Source: Lama glama
Taxonomy: Eukaryota
Assembly (NCBI GenBank): GCA_028534125.1
Contig: CM052816.1
Location: 15,006,001-15,070,000, forward strand
Direction of reading: 5' to 3'
DNA length: 64,000 bases
Shown here: positions 46,601 through 61,204 of the stretch, one piece after another
Position numbering within the stretch: position 1 is the first letter of the stretch
How the letters are laid out: each line of letters begins with the position of its first letter
Translations under genes and position numbers: made by a program
Notes under the pieces: model-generated
What the model was told of the DNA's origin: nothing
Database searches by the model: none
The model's input: the letters and a program-made list of their open reading frames with translations, nothing else

Positions 46601-48575
46601 CAAATAACCAATATTTCAGGTTGTAACGTTCTCTCTTTGGAAAATTGAAGCTGCAGGCTAAGCTCTGACCCCTTTTGATCATAGTGGGGAGAAATCTGGT
46701 AAAATTTTAAAGAGATTCTTCCCTCAAGCTTTTCCTCATTTTACTTCGAATCTTTTTCATTTATCAGCCAAGACATTTTCTTTGTTCTTCCAAGAGGGAT
46801 TTAAATTTCTTTTCTTTAATGGAGGACAATGTCTTCAAGAGCCTGAAAAACCATTACATCGAGAGAGAGAGTTACTCTTGATTTCTCAAGCCTGGCTGGA
46901 ATTTGGACTCCATTAATGCTTTGCCGTGAAAAGTCTGCTGTTATTAAGCAAAACGTGGGAGGCTGGGATTTATCTTAAACCAGCCAGCAATTCCAGTGGC
47001 TGCAGCTCTTCCTCCATAAATCTAAGGCTCCTTTACACCTCTGGGTCTCTCTTCCCCTAAGACTCCCCCATCTATTGCTGCAGAGGCAACAAAAAGATAA
47101 CCAGTTGCCTTTAGTGAACAAGAAGGATCAGAGGAAGCATTTCTGTGCTGTGTCATTGCCTCTGATTCTCTGTTCTGAACATCCATTCTTCCCAGGCCCT
47201 CTCACTGCTTCCACAAGAGTTGAAAATTCATTGCCCCACTTGCAAAAAGCACTCACTAAAATGTCCCCTCTCTTCCTCTTCTCTCAGTGTCCTCTCACCC
47301 TGAGATCATCCTCTGTGGGTCATGAACTGGAACAAAACTAGAATGAGACCTGGCCTTTGGCATGCTCCTCTTCTTAGGGGATAATTGAAGGGCCGAAGGC
47401 ACCCAGATTTTAAAGGCCTGGACTAGCACATCTCTTCCTGCCACCCACCAAATGCACTCACTGACCACTCCACACCCTAACCAATTTTATTCCAGAGAAG
47501 CTCCCAGCTTCCTCCTATGCCTGCTGCTTCTTATTTTGTCCTCTTTGTTCCCACAAGGGTGCAGAGTGGGAAGCAGTTCCCATCACATTCTATTCCTGTC
47601 TCCTTTCTTAGGCCTCTGGCTTCTCCCTCTCTGTCTGCCTCCTCCCAAAATGCCCCTCCAGTCTCTGTTTGCTGTGGTAATTTGATCTCAGAAAGCCTTA
47701 AACTCTCAAGTGCATGAATTGGAGGCCTGGCCTATGTCTTAGCCCATTATTTATTTCTGAAAATAAATGGCTTATAAGTGGAATCAAGTTATACGTTGTC
47801 AGGAAGAGTGACCTTTTCTTCCCTCATCTCCTCCCGGGCTTGCACAGTCGCTGCCACCTCTGCCCACAGCTCAGAAACCTGGTCACTGGGTACTGACCGT
47901 GTGCAGACCTGTGCCCCTGAAAAGATCACAGGCACTTAAGGAAGAGATTAAATCGCAGAGGCTTGGTAATGTTTCTAATGGAAGCCTCCAACAGTCATAT
48001 CTCAGGAGAAAAATCAGGGCTCCTCTTTTAGCAATCTTGTCATCTTCCAGCAAGGACACCTGCCAGGTTGTCCATTTTGGTGTGTCAGGATCATAAGCTT
48101 CAACTTGTTCTTATTCCCTCCGTGGCTGAGAAGGCAAACATAGAACCAGCACAAATCAGCCACCTTCTCAGAGAGGTCCTAAAGAGATGGTACACTCTGT
48201 GTATGGCACTACAGTGATTTAGTTCCTCCTACTATTGCCTATGTCTCTTGCCAACCTTACTAGTTGGTGGAATGGGGTCGCTTAGACTGCTGGCAAGTGC
48301 CCTGTCTACGAACATTAATGCTGGTACCTCGACCACACTACTATGCATTCCTTTTCTTGGACCTTCAAGAACCCCCTACTGAAAAGCAGAACAGCACAGT
48401 GATTAGGAACACAGACCACGATACCAGTCACACCCCTGCCAATGAATAACTGTGTGGCCTCGGTCGTGTTACTTAAACTAAGCTTCAATTTATCCATTTT
48501 AATTGGGGACAACAAATTTAAGTAAACTCACAGACTCACTATGATCACATGAGATGATGTATATAAAACAACCTG

Positions 48576-49182
48576 AAGGAGATTAAGACGTACAAACTTC
48601 CAGTTACAAAACAAATGAGTCATGGGGATGAAACATACAGTATGGGGAAAATAGTCAATAATGATGTAATATCTTTGTATTATGACAAGGTAACTAGCCT
48701 TATCGTGGTGATCGTTTAGTAATGTTTAGAAACATTGACTCACTAGGTTGTGTACCAGGAACTAACAGTGTTATAAGTCAGTTATACTTCAAAAACAAAC
48801 ACACTCACAGAAAAAGAGATCAGATTTGTAGTTACCAGAGACAGAGGGCTGGGGGGAGAGGGAGCTGGACAAAGGGGGTCAAAAGGTACAGACTTTCAGT
48901 TATAAGATAAATAAGTACTAGGAATATAATGTACAACATGATAAATATAATTAAGACTGTTGTATGTTATATATGAAAGCTGTTAAGAGAATAAATCCTA
49001 AGAGTTCTCATCCTAAAGAAAAAATTTTTTTCCTTTATTTTGCATCTATATGAGATGATGAATGTCCCGTTAAACTTACTGTGGTAATCATTTCATGATG
49101 CATGAAGTCAGATTATCATGTTGTACAACTTAAACCTGTACAATGCTGTATGTCAATGATATCTCAATAAAACTGGAAGAAA
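48576..49182 (+). mobile_element. L1 3'UTR with two tandem terminal modules, nested in a MIR
   Basis: Two related tacaaacttccagtta / tacagactttcagtta modules. TSD aaaacaacctg (48565-48575) / aaaacaatctg (49183-49193). Confidence 0.85.
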
Positions 49183-52100
49183 AAAACAATCTGCAAAGTG
49201 ACTGACAAGTACAGTATTATTATTATTAAAATGCAATCATTTATTATCATCAGATAACACCTTACGTTGACAGTCTGCACACAGCACGGCCCTTTAAGGA
49301 ATCAAACACAGATACACAGCGATGTGTAACAGACAGGAAGTCAATGATGACGGGAAAGTGCACTAAAGTTAAGCTTTCCCAATTATTTCTAGAGGTTATC
49401 CTACATTTTGAAAACAAAAACCAGTCCCTTTCTACATCACCAAGGAAAAGGAACTTCAGTTATAAGAACTCCGTCAAGGTATTTATTTCCTCACAAGAGA
49501 TTCACCTTTTCAGGATATGTGAAAATGCTCTAGCAACAGAGTACAGAGCGTTCCCAAACACGCTGTCATCTCTAGTGCCCAATAAAGAGTTTGGCACAGT
49601 GATGCGCAATTAAAGTTCCTTGAACAGAACTAAATTTACAACTTTCCTTGTTCAGTTCTCTCAAATAGAAATAGCTTCATCTTTCCTCTCCGCTTTTCTA
49701 ATATTTCTACCTATATTCCAAGGTCCATCTTAAAACCTACCAGGATTGCCATGAGACATTGTCTATTCTAAACAGAGTGGTCTTTTTTTCCTCTTTCACA
49801 GTCTACATATCTCTGAATGCTGACATGTGTCACTCTTTAATTCATCCAAATGCTTTAATATTATTTCTTGACCTTAATTATAAGCAACTCGCCAGCAAAA
49901 GCCATGTCATCTATATATGTGTAGTCTTCACAGTGCAGGAAATCTTATAGACAATAAATAAGTGACAATTGTTTCCTTCTCTTCAGATCCTTTTTTAGTA
50001 AATTCAAGAAGAGCTGCTACTTGCCCATTTTTTACCCCATGTCTAATGGCGAGAGGGCTCAAGAGCCTGCAATGATTTCACTTCCTCTTAAGTTTGAAAT
50101 ACAAAATATTTCAAACCTGGAGAACTGAACCCTACTAAAAGTTGCTAGACTCTAAGAAAGGCTCTGCCCAGAAGTATTTTTATCACTCTTTGTATTTTAT
50201 ATTATAAATTATAAAATAAAGGTATTCCTTGCTCACAACTAACAAAGAAAGTGACAAGACGTGAGAAGCACCACAAAAAGACACGGTTTTGTTTACCCCC
50301 ATGTTAGGCAAGAACTTTGAAATAGCATCCCTTAACTGTATCTATAAAATGCATCTATCATGAGATCATTGGGCACAGGAGCAAAACCAATCAAAACACA
50401 ACTGAATTAAGCCTGTAAGAAAAATACTGGTACTCAGAGAACCCTCCTAATTCACAGAAATTTTCCTTTCACTATTATTAGTGTCATTACAAATCATTTT
50501 ACTTTGGGGAACCAAACAATCTGGAGTCTTGTGGTCACAGGGGAAGGGGACATGCTCATTAGTTTGATCAAGCTTTGGGGTGACCATTGTGTAAGTATCT
50601 GCCAGCTAGGGAAGGCTCTGGTTTTCATTGTTCAGTTGTATATTTGCGCAGTTGTATATATTCCACAAACTGAGCACATGATATATAATTTAAAAACAAA
50701 GACAAATGAGCATCCCAATGTTTAGTGTGGTCCAAGATAGTTCAAAAATTCTATCTTGTTACAAATGAACTGTACTTCTGATCTTTATGCATCTTCAGAA
50801 GGAATATGCCTACTGATACGATTAGCAGCAGACTTTACAGGTACAACATCCACTGGATGGAGAGATAACAAAATTTTTCACATAACATGATGGCTGAATT
50901 TTTTTCAGTTTCTTTCCTCCAGAGAGAATATATCAGCTTTTAGATCGCCTAAATTTTTAGTTTTGAGAAATGAATATACTGCTGATCCTTGACTGAGGCT
51001 TCTGAAAATTGCTTACAATAAACAAAGGAACTCAAACTATCTTTGGACAAGTAACAATAAAAAGGAAAATATGTTAAAGGCTTGGGGTAGATTGTGTAAT
51101 ATTCACAGATAAAATCAAGTGATCAGTATTTTCCATTGAGACGACCTAGCAGGAATCACAGACTATTAAAGACTGAGAGATATTTAGAAAGTATCTCACC
51201 CAAATTCTTTATTTTTCATTGAACAAAATATTTGAGTGGAACTTGAAACTCAAGATTAGTGAGGAGACGGGAAGCACAAAAGTGCTACAAGTAAATCAAG
51301 TGTCTGTAATGAGATAAAGGGCCCTCAGAACTGACTAGAGAACCAAATTTCCTATTTTTTAAAAAGCGCCATTGGGCTTGATATAAATTCCTTCAAAACT
51401 CTATTATAACCAAAGTAATTGTTTATGAGCACTTAGAAATGAAGAATTGTTTATGAGCACTTAGAATGAAGTACATTCATACTAGGGACCACTTTAGCTT
51501 AACTTAAAACTGGCAACTTCAAACTGATCACAAAGACTTAAAAAAAATTCACTTGGGCATTTTACAATTTTGGTTGCTAGGATCATTGATAAGCAACATG
51601 CTACAGGAACAAAGTCCCCCAGTATATCCTTCCAGACAAAAGGAAGAAAGCGAGCCTGCAAGACAGTATAGTTAGGTGATTTCATAATTCTTTGGATAGC
51701 AGGGCCAAAAAGTTTATTAACAAAAGGCTTCAGCCTGGAAGGACAATTCTCATGGGTGACTGCAGTGATTCACCACTGCTCCTACCCCTTATTCAACATT
51801 TTATCAATGACTCAGACAAGGAAGCATCAAGTGCCCAGGCCAATCCAGCAACAAGCTGAGCTCTCTGGAATGAGAATACCAACTGCCTGGGGTGAGCCAT
51901 GTTTCTAATTCACTAAAATTAGTACCAATATTCTATTTGAGACTCAATACATACCAGAAATCGGTAAGTGTGTATTTAAGTTAATTTCTGGCTTCTAGTA
52001 TTGCCATTAAAACCTGTTCCAAGCTTCCATTCATCACTCAAGGCCTCTTAACTTTAATAGAAAAACTTGTTTGGCCCTGTTTCTTCCCTGCAATTCTTGG

Positions 52101-55100
52101 GATTTTAGCCATAGAATAAAATAAGACGGTAATTTGGCACTAAAGAATATCCTTGTTTCCAAGTGGGTTTTAGCCAAAGCATTAGCTGATTTGTATACTT
52201 TCTTTTTCTATTTCAAAAAAATGTAGGTATTGTTGAAGTACCTTGGATTTGGTCTGTTTTCCAGGACATGACCTAAGGTCAGTCTAAATGAGAATAAATG
52301 TCTCCCTTCCATGCCCACTGTGTTTGCTGCTTGGAGGAAAAAAAAACCAAACCTACACCTCTGCCTAAAAAGGATCAATTCTCAAAAGTATCTTTTCATA
52401 TATTCAGAGTATCCAGTAATTGTTGGCTTCTGGGGTCCACCCTTACTACGCTGATGCCTTAGCAATTAATTGTTTACATACTATTTCTAAACATACTGTC
52501 TCAGTCTTCACAAGAGCCCAGTGAGGTTAGCACTAATGAAGAAACTGGATCCCAAAAAGGTGAAGGAATTTATTGGAATCTTCAGGAAGCTCTTTGCTAT
52601 GCCCCCGTTTCTTGAGGTAGTAATACTGTGTCTGACCACTACACATGCACTCCTAACCAAGCATCTTGTTACTGGCCTCAAGCAATTAATTTCCAAGTAC
52701 TTTATATGGGATCCTATTCAATTGCTTCACAGCTACAATTTCTTTTGTCTTTTAGAGGCTTCAATTGGATTTTCTGTATATATTAATATATCTATTTTTA
52801 AATGGCCTCAGCAAAACTGTGATACAAAATAGTTTTGTATTTCATATCCCAGCCTCTTCTTTCAGTACCACTTCCTCTCCTACAACATTCTGTGTAAGTA
52901 GTGGAGTTTTACAAATGAATTGGACTTTTCTAATATAAATCCCATCCATGTATTCCTTGTGCTAGATTTGGTTATACATAAATCCTTCAGCAGTCATGTG
53001 TACAACAGATTCTAAGGTGGCTAAAATACAAATTCTCAAAATTAGCCAAGTTTAAATGTATTATGTTGTCTGTGATATTAAAGGATTCTTTAAGGCATTT
53101 TGATGAGAAACTAATGTTATCTAAAACCTTATCAAAGCTCCTCTTATTAAAGTTAGAAAAGATTCTTCAATTTTGTGGTAACTTCTGAACTTTTTACAAA
53201 GCATCTTTTATGTAGTAAGACCTATGGTTAAATTCCACTAGCAATTACAGACCCAACTCCACTTCAAGGTTTATAATCACACTGTATGCTTAGATCACAC
53301 ATCTAGGTAGGGTCCTCTTACAGTAATCCTGCTTGTCGCAGCGTAAAAGCAGACTCTAAGATTCAAGATCTGGCTCTACTGCTTATTACGTATCCTTAGG
53401 AAAGTTTTCTTTCTCTAAACCTCAGCTTATTGAAATAAGGAAAAATAGTACGTAATACAAACAGTTGCTGCTAGACATTTATTGAGCTATCGCATGTAAA
53501 AATTTCATTGTATAAGTTGTCAATGATTATGAGCCAGAAAACAGAGAGGTGCAGCTTGGGGATAGAAGTCTCATAAAATTATCCAAATAGAACGGAGGGG
53601 CGAGTCAGAAGAAATAGAAAACCCATGTTTCGACACTCTTTTTTTGCATACTCTGCTTGACTGACAGAATTGAGAAGAAAAATCTAGTCCTGGTTCTATT
53701 TACACAGTATCTCTGAATTAATGGTCGCAAAGATCTTAACATCATTTAACTTACGCATCTACAACTTGAAGTTGGTTAATGCCAACTTCAGCTTTTCAGC
53801 ACCGAATAGGAAAATAAAAATACACAAAATTCCCCAATCAATCAATACTCTAACTGGTGACTTTTCTTTATCTAAATCTATTGGGCAATTCTCCAATGAA
53901 TCCAGTGAACCAAAGACAATGGGATGAAAGATTTAAAACTGAAGCATAGAATGGTTCAATAATTGACTAGAAATATAGAGTAGATTTCAAGCAGAACTGG
54001 GTAAAAATCTCACTTTCTCTCCTTCCAATTCACTGGTACATCTATTATAACAAAGTTGTCACGGTAAGATATCTAATATCCTTCATAATTAAAATTTCAT
54101 CATAGCCTCCCATGATTGGTTTTCTGCAGCACTCTGAAGTTAGACTAGTATTCCTCTGATCCAATTATCATAAGCTCATTTAAAATCTCAACTGTATATG
54201 AAACATTTATTGTTCATAAATCAACGTATACATAGGATATATTGGACAGCTATGGCTCCTAGGATATGTGCATTTAATGCTCTTTAAACTACCAGGAGTT
54301 GAAGAATAAACAGGATTTTCAAATTACGAAAAGTCATTCATTCCAAGAATCGACAATGATGTGTTAAGAAAGTAGCAGCAACCCTGAAAGAGTCAGACTG
54401 TGAGTTTCCTGGGTACAAGGATGAGCATTGCATCCTTAGATGAAGAAGCCAATTTTAGGTTGGGGTTAGGCACAGAAAACTAAATTATCATGGATTATGC
54501 CCTATTCATATTCTCTCCCCAATATACTTTGGAAAAAAAATCATGGAGGGATTCAGTGGTGGTACAACAGAAAAATGCTAACTTGGAAATACAGGAAGCA
54601 GGTAATCACATTCTTCTCCATAACTATTTTAACTCTTGTGTGTAACTTAGTCCAATGAAGCAAGATTTTAACTCAAATTCATCAAGCATTCATTGAGTAC
54701 CTAGGATGTACCAATCATAGGGTTAAGGGCTTTCACACCTATTATCAAATTTAATTATCATTAAAGGAATATTTGAATATACATCAAGGTTACTGAGTCA
54801 ATATTAAAAGCGAAGGGAGTAAACCCTGTAGGCAAGCAAAGCACTTTATAATACTCCAACAATTCCTCACTCATCATTTATCTTAATGGCAGAAAAGTTT
54901 GAATGTCCAGATACAGAAATTTCTTTTGTTCCTTGATTTAAATGAGTTTAGTGGTTCTTAAGCTCTAGCGTACATGAGAATATCTCTTTAAGGTGGTACC
55001 AGTACAACTAGGAAAATTGTACTTGGAAAGATTTATGTGATTTTTAAGCTTAATATTACTTTAACACAGTATTCACCATACACACTTACTTTAGAACCTA

Positions 55101-55549
55101 ACCCTTGAGTAACATGTGATTGTATTGTATTTCCATTTATTTTTACTTTACGCAATTTTTACTTTTAAATCTCAGAATTTGTAAGGAAAAAAATATTGCC
55201 TTATGTTAGGGTGTCAGAATCTTACTTGCACAGATAAGTCAGAACCAAACAATCTCACTATTCTTATTAAAAGAAGAAATTCCACGATCTGATGCTGGGA
55301 CACTTTTCATTCATTCAATGTTTATTGAACATTTACTTTGTAACAAGGACTAAACTACACACTAAACCTCTGTACCACTTTCCTAGTATGTCTTACGTAT
55401 ATTTTTAATTTTCATATTTTACTGGAGTTATATTAGAAGCAACTAATGAAGGAAAAAACATCTGGGGACCACAAGTCAGTTAAAGTATATTTGCTTATAC
55501 TGCTGTAAAAAGCCTCTATTGTATGCATACGTGCTGTTTGAGTAAGTGA

Positions 55550-56170
55550 ATACAGTGTGTCCATATATTTTAAGTTTTTTAAAGATATAAACTTTGGTTA
55601 TACTTCCTGTATGATTTATTTTTATTTTTTCTTGGTCTTCTGTTTATTTTATTTAGGTTCAATAATATTTAGAAGTATATGCTGCTTGTACAAAATTCAG
55701 TTTATCCAGGAAAAGCAAAAAAGTGAAAGTCCTTTCAAAGCCCATTCTTCTGCAGACTACACCATTAACAAATAATTGTATATTCCTCCAGCCTTTTACC
55801 TATGCATACATGAATATGTACATGTATATATTTGACTAAAATGTAACTGCACTGTACACACTACTATGCAACTTTGCTTCTTTATTTTTACCTAATATAT
55901 ATGATGAGCATCCTTCTATGGCACTACATATAAATCTGTTTTACTCTTAGTAATGATTGCATAATATTCCTTATATGGGTATTTCATAATTTATTTTTAC
56001 TCTGATTGAATATTTAGGTGCATTTCTGAAAGTGTGTGCATGTATAAGCCTGTGTGTTTATTCTGAGAGGTGCTTAGTTAAAAGGATGCACATTTAAATT
56101 ATAATTAGACATGCCAAAATGCTTCCCAAAGTTTTTGTACTAATTTATATTCTCAATCAATGGTAAATGA
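55550..56170 (-). mobile_element. Ancient L1ME-type fragment
   Basis: AT-rich antisense L1 3' motifs (tgcataatattcc, gccaaaatgcttcccaaag...tactaatttatattctca). Confidence 0.55.
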
Positions 56171-56469
56171 GCCAATCCATTTACTCCTAATTTGTCTGTA
56201 AAATTCTTAGTTCACAATGCAGTAAAGAAACACAAAATCATGCTCACAGCAATATTTTGTTTTCCTTAATAAAAAGGTATCATATTCTAATTATTTCATA
56301 TTACTCCTATAAACACCTAAATTCTCACTGAGAAAGTCAGCTCACTTCTTTGAATTTATTATACTTAAATTGACTGGTTTCATCATAGTGCTTTTATATC
56401 ATTTTTACCCTATAACCAGCAGAGTTAAAAGTTGTTCGAGAACATACATTTCTTGATACATAATTCTCC

Positions 56470-59095
56470 AAACACTTATTAACCTTTTAGCCAGAGATAA
56501 ATAAATTACTAATTTAAATCTGGGATAAATGTGATATTTAAGCAAAATCTTTAAACAAAAGTTCCAAAGCTGAGTCTAATATACTTAAATAAGCTCGTAA
56601 CGAGCCTTTCCAGAGGTAACAACCGTAGCCTCTGAACAAATACATTAAGCAACTTCCTGAGAACGCTTGAGAGTAAATAAAAGCAGGTAGATGGGAGGTG
56701 GGGAGCCAAAATTGGGAGAAAGAGATTAGCATGGAGTGAGTTCCCGGTTTTTATTGTTTTGCCCTGAGGATAGGCCATGGCTGTGGTGGCACAACATGAG
56801 GAAGCTAAAGCTCTGAGAGGCAGCCCTCGGTTTCTCAGCCACGAGGAACAGGGGGAAGGAGCCAGAAGCAACCACAACTACTAGGGGAGAGGGGGACCCT
56901 GAGTGGAGACAGCCAGAGAAAGGGATCTCTGAATTCTAACTTGAATTCTTCCCACATCTCTGTAGACCCCTGAACCACATGTAGAGAGCTAAGGCTAGAG
57001 CTGAAAGAACTAAAATGAAATTTGAACTATTGCCCATCACAAGCCAGAGAGGGTTTGTATTTTCAGTCTAATCAAGTTTATTCTCTACTAGAACAAAACC
57101 ATGAACACCCTTCAGAGACTAAAACAGGGTGCAGTCTCCACAACATAACATTTGTAATACAATTAAAATTACTTAGCCTACAAGGAACTAGGAAAATGTG
57201 ATGCATTCTCAAGGGTAAAGACCATCAAGAAGCCAAACCTGAGATGATACAGATGTTAGAATTAGCAGACAATGATTTTAAAGTAGCTACTATAACTACA
57301 TTTAATAACATAAAGGAAAGCATGCTGGTAATGCACAAAAATAAAGAAAATCTGAGCAGAGAAATAGAAAATATAAAAAAGAACCAAATGGAAATATTAG
57401 TACTAAAAATATAATATCTGAAATAAAAGTTGATGGGTGGGTAGGCTTGATAGAAGAGTAGTGATAACAGAGGCAAAAGTCAGTGAACCTAAAATTAAAG
57501 CAAGAGAAATTATCAGATTTCTCTGAAGAAAGAGAACAAAATTGAAATCAAATAAACACAGACTTATGGGATAATACAGGAATATTCTAGAATAGAATAT
57601 AGGATATATAGACAATATAGGATATATATATAGGAATATAACTATTCTTAAAGGACCAAGCTTTAACCCTACTATGATAAAACCAGAAAAAATTCAAGTC
57701 TTATATATAGGTAATAGAGTCCAGAAAGAGAGAAAACAGAGAGAGAATAGAACCAAAAAATATTTGAGGCAGGTAGGACCAAAATTTTTCCAAACCTGGT
57801 GAGACACATAAATTTACAGATTCAATAAACTCAGCCAATCTCAAACAGGGTAAATACGAAGAAAACCACAAATAAGCACATCATAGTCAAACTTCTGAAC
57901 CAAACAGAAGGAAACAATTTTGAAATCAGTGCCCCTTGCTATAAAGAAAGAACAAAAACAACCATATTACAGAAAGGGAACAATGACTCAAACGACCACA
58001 GATTTCTCATCAGAAAATTCAGCAGCTAAAAGACAATGGAATAAAATCTTTAAAATGCTGAAAGAAAAAAAATCTATCAACCCAGAATTCTATAACAGTC
58101 AAAAACACAATAGAAATAAATATATTTCCCGATAAAGGAAGACTAAGAGAAATCACTGCAGAAGATATGCATTAAAAGATAAACTAAATGTTAAAGTTTT
58201 TCAGGCCGAAGTGAAAAGATACTACTAGAGGAAATTCAACTCTTTGGGAACAAATTAATAGTACTGAAAATGGTAAATGTCTGGATGACTGACTAGAAAT
58301 GACTTTTTTTTCTTCTTAGCTTCTCTAAAGTACATAATGACTACTTAAACAAAAATTATAACCTGTCTTGTGGGGTTAATATTTCTTTCACAATATTTAG
58401 GAGTTTATTATCATTAATCTCACCCTCCAGAAGAGGAAACTGAGATTTAGAAAAGTTAAGTAACTTGTTACTATTACACAGTAAGAGGCAGAGGCAAGGC
58501 TTGAGTGTAGATCTCTTTAAAACTAGACTCTGAACAGGATCTAAACCACCACCTTAGAAGGCCTCTCACAGAACTCTCAACCCAGTGAGAAATGCAGAAA
58601 ATTAAGTACATAAAACATAATATGATAAATACTAGAAGAGTGGTAGGTCATAGTGTGAAGAGAAGGACTCATAGGCACCTGTGGGGTTAATATTGTATGA
58701 GATTTAATACAAATGAAAACTATAGTGTAAGCAATGGCTTAAGAGGAGCTAAATGGTTTTATATGGTTGCGTGGTTACTACATTTTATGAAAGTGGTGCA
58801 CAAGTAACTCCAAGTAGAATGATAAAAGTTAAGATATACACCATAATCCTTAGAGCAACCACTAAAAAATACAAACAGATATATCTAAAAATAGGTATAT
58901 CAAATTCTAAAGCATATTCAAATAACTCAAAATACACAAGATAAGGGGAACCAGAAGAACAGATTTAAAGGAGACAAATGAAAGAGAAGTAATACACTGG
59001 AGGACACAAATTCAAACATCAACAATTACACTAATTAACTTCAATTAAAAGACAGCAATTATCAAGATGGATAAAAGAACAAGATTCAAAAATAT
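56470..59095 (+). mobile_element. Old degraded L1 (5' region/ORF1), interrupted by a MIR near 58390-58550
   Basis: ORF1-like peptide DFSSENSAAKRQWNKIFKMLKEK...NPEF in strongly A-rich sequence. Confidence 0.7.
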
Positions 59096-59099
59096 TCTT

Positions 59100-59439
59100 T
59101 ACCTCAACAAGCAATTCTCCAAGGAAGAAATACAAATGATCAATAGGCACATGAAAAAATGCTCAATGTCACTAATTATCAGAGAAATGCAAATCAAAAC
59201 TACAGTGAGGTATCACCTCACACCAGTCAGAATGGCCATCATTCAAAAGTCCACAAATGACAAATGCTGGAGAGGCTGTGGACAAAAGGGAACCCTCCTA
59301 CACATCTGGTGGAAATGCAGTTTGGTGCAGCCACTGTGGAAAACAGTATGGAGATTCCTCAAAAGACTAGGAATAGACTTACCATATGACCCAGTCATCC
59401 CACTCCTGGGCATATATCCAGAAGGAACCCTACTTCAGG
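59100..59439 (+). mobile_element. Younger L1 ORF2 C-terminal fragment running into the gap
   Basis: Uninterrupted frame FSKEEIQM...[10 protein letters not shown]...CWRGCG...[12 protein letters not shown]...[14 protein letters not shown]. Confidence 0.92.
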
Positions 59440-59939
59440 NNNNNNNNNNNNNNNNNNNNNNNNNNNNNNNNNNNNNNNNNNNNNNNNNNNNNNNNNNNNN
59501 NNNNNNNNNNNNNNNNNNNNNNNNNNNNNNNNNNNNNNNNNNNNNNNNNNNNNNNNNNNNNNNNNNNNNNNNNNNNNNNNNNNNNNNNNNNNNNNNNNNN
59601 NNNNNNNNNNNNNNNNNNNNNNNNNNNNNNNNNNNNNNNNNNNNNNNNNNNNNNNNNNNNNNNNNNNNNNNNNNNNNNNNNNNNNNNNNNNNNNNNNNNN
59701 NNNNNNNNNNNNNNNNNNNNNNNNNNNNNNNNNNNNNNNNNNNNNNNNNNNNNNNNNNNNNNNNNNNNNNNNNNNNNNNNNNNNNNNNNNNNNNNNNNNN
59801 NNNNNNNNNNNNNNNNNNNNNNNNNNNNNNNNNNNNNNNNNNNNNNNNNNNNNNNNNNNNNNNNNNNNNNNNNNNNNNNNNNNNNNNNNNNNNNNNNNNN
59901 NNNNNNNNNNNNNNNNNNNNNNNNNNNNNNNNNNNNNNN
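59440..59939. other. Assembly gap (500 N)
   Basis: Run of N. Confidence 1.
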
Positions 59940-60410
59940 AAAAATGCTCAACATAATTAGTTATCAGGGAAATGCAAATTAAAATGGGATAACAGTTCAA
60001 ACCCATTAGAATGATTATGATAATGAATCTTATTTTAAAAGACTGACAACATCAAATGTTTGTGAGGATGTAGAGCAACTGAAATTCCCATACATTGCCA
60101 GTGAACACGTGAAATAGTGCAAATACTTTGAGAAACAGTGTATCAGTTTCTTAAAACATATACCCAGCATAGAACCCAACCAGCCTACTACCACATATTA
60201 CGGAAATAAAAGAGAAATAACATATATCCACACAAGAACTTGCACACAACTGTACATAGAAGTCTTATTCACAATAACTAAAAATTGGAAACAACTCAAA
60301 GGTCCATCAATAGATAACTGTATATCCATACAATGCAATACTACTCAACAATGAAAAGGAATGAACTACTGAATATACTCAACAGTATGAATGAATCTCA
60401 AAATCATTAC
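59940..60410 (+). mobile_element. Old L1 ORF2 end / 3'UTR
   Basis: atcagggaaatgcaaattaaaa...gaggatgtagagcaactgaa...tatccatacaatgcaatactactcaacaatgaaaaggaatgaactactg. Confidence 0.8.
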
Positions 60411-60684
60411 GTTGAGGGGAACCTAGAAGACAGCATTCCAGGCAGAAGGACTGATGTGTGCAAAGGCCCTGAAATGGAATTTGGCCCTGAAAAGGGAACT
60501 TGACCTGGGAAAGGAGGGTAGAGTGGGTAGCTCAGGGTAAATGAGAGGGTGAGAGGTCCAGGGTGAGGTAAGAGGGGAGGGCAGCACCCTGACACTGCAG
60601 ACTTCGATTTATTCTGAGTGCAGAATTTAAGCAGAAGAGATGCCTGACTGTCTTTCCAGCTGTTGTGGGAGGAACAGATTAGAG

Positions 60685-61013
60685 CAGATCAGCACACGAT
60701 AGCCTGGATGGCCCACAAGTTAAGAATGGTTTTTACACTGTTAAATGGTTGAAAAGAATCAAAAGAAGATCACTTTGTGATAGGTGAAGGTTATAAGGAA
60801 TTCATATTTCAGTGTCAATAACTTCAATCATTAACTGAAATTAAAAGTCTCAATAAAGTCTTACTGGCACACAGCCATGCTCATTTGCTTATAAATTGTG
60901 GCTGCTTCTGCACTGCAATGGCAGAGTCAAGTAGTTGCAATGGAGATTCCATGTCTGCAAAGCCTAAAATACTTTCTATCAAGCCCTTTACACAAAAACT
61001 ATGCCGACTCCTA
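60685..61013. mobile_element. MER58B-like hAT-Charlie element with 8-bp TSD, inside an antisense L2
   Basis: aagaatggtttttaca...ttactggcacacagccatgctcatttg...gcaaagcctaaaata...tgccgactcct. gattagag at 60677-60684 and 61014-61021. Confidence 0.88.
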
Positions 61014-61204
61014 GATTAGAGGGAGACCACTTAGGAGGCAGCTGCAGTCGTCAGGTGCCAGATGATAGGGGCTTATTCTGGGTGGTGGCCATGGAGGTAC
61101 GCAGTGCATGGACTGAAGAATTATTTGGGGGACAGAACTGAAAGAATGAGCTGGTGGGTTAAACGTGGATGGTAAGAGGGAAAAACATTTCAAAATGACT
61201 CCCT

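Noticed and set aside
59067..60006. ORFs of 174-297 aa spanning X runs
   Set aside because: Artefacts of the N gap. Only the L1 ORF2 part is real.
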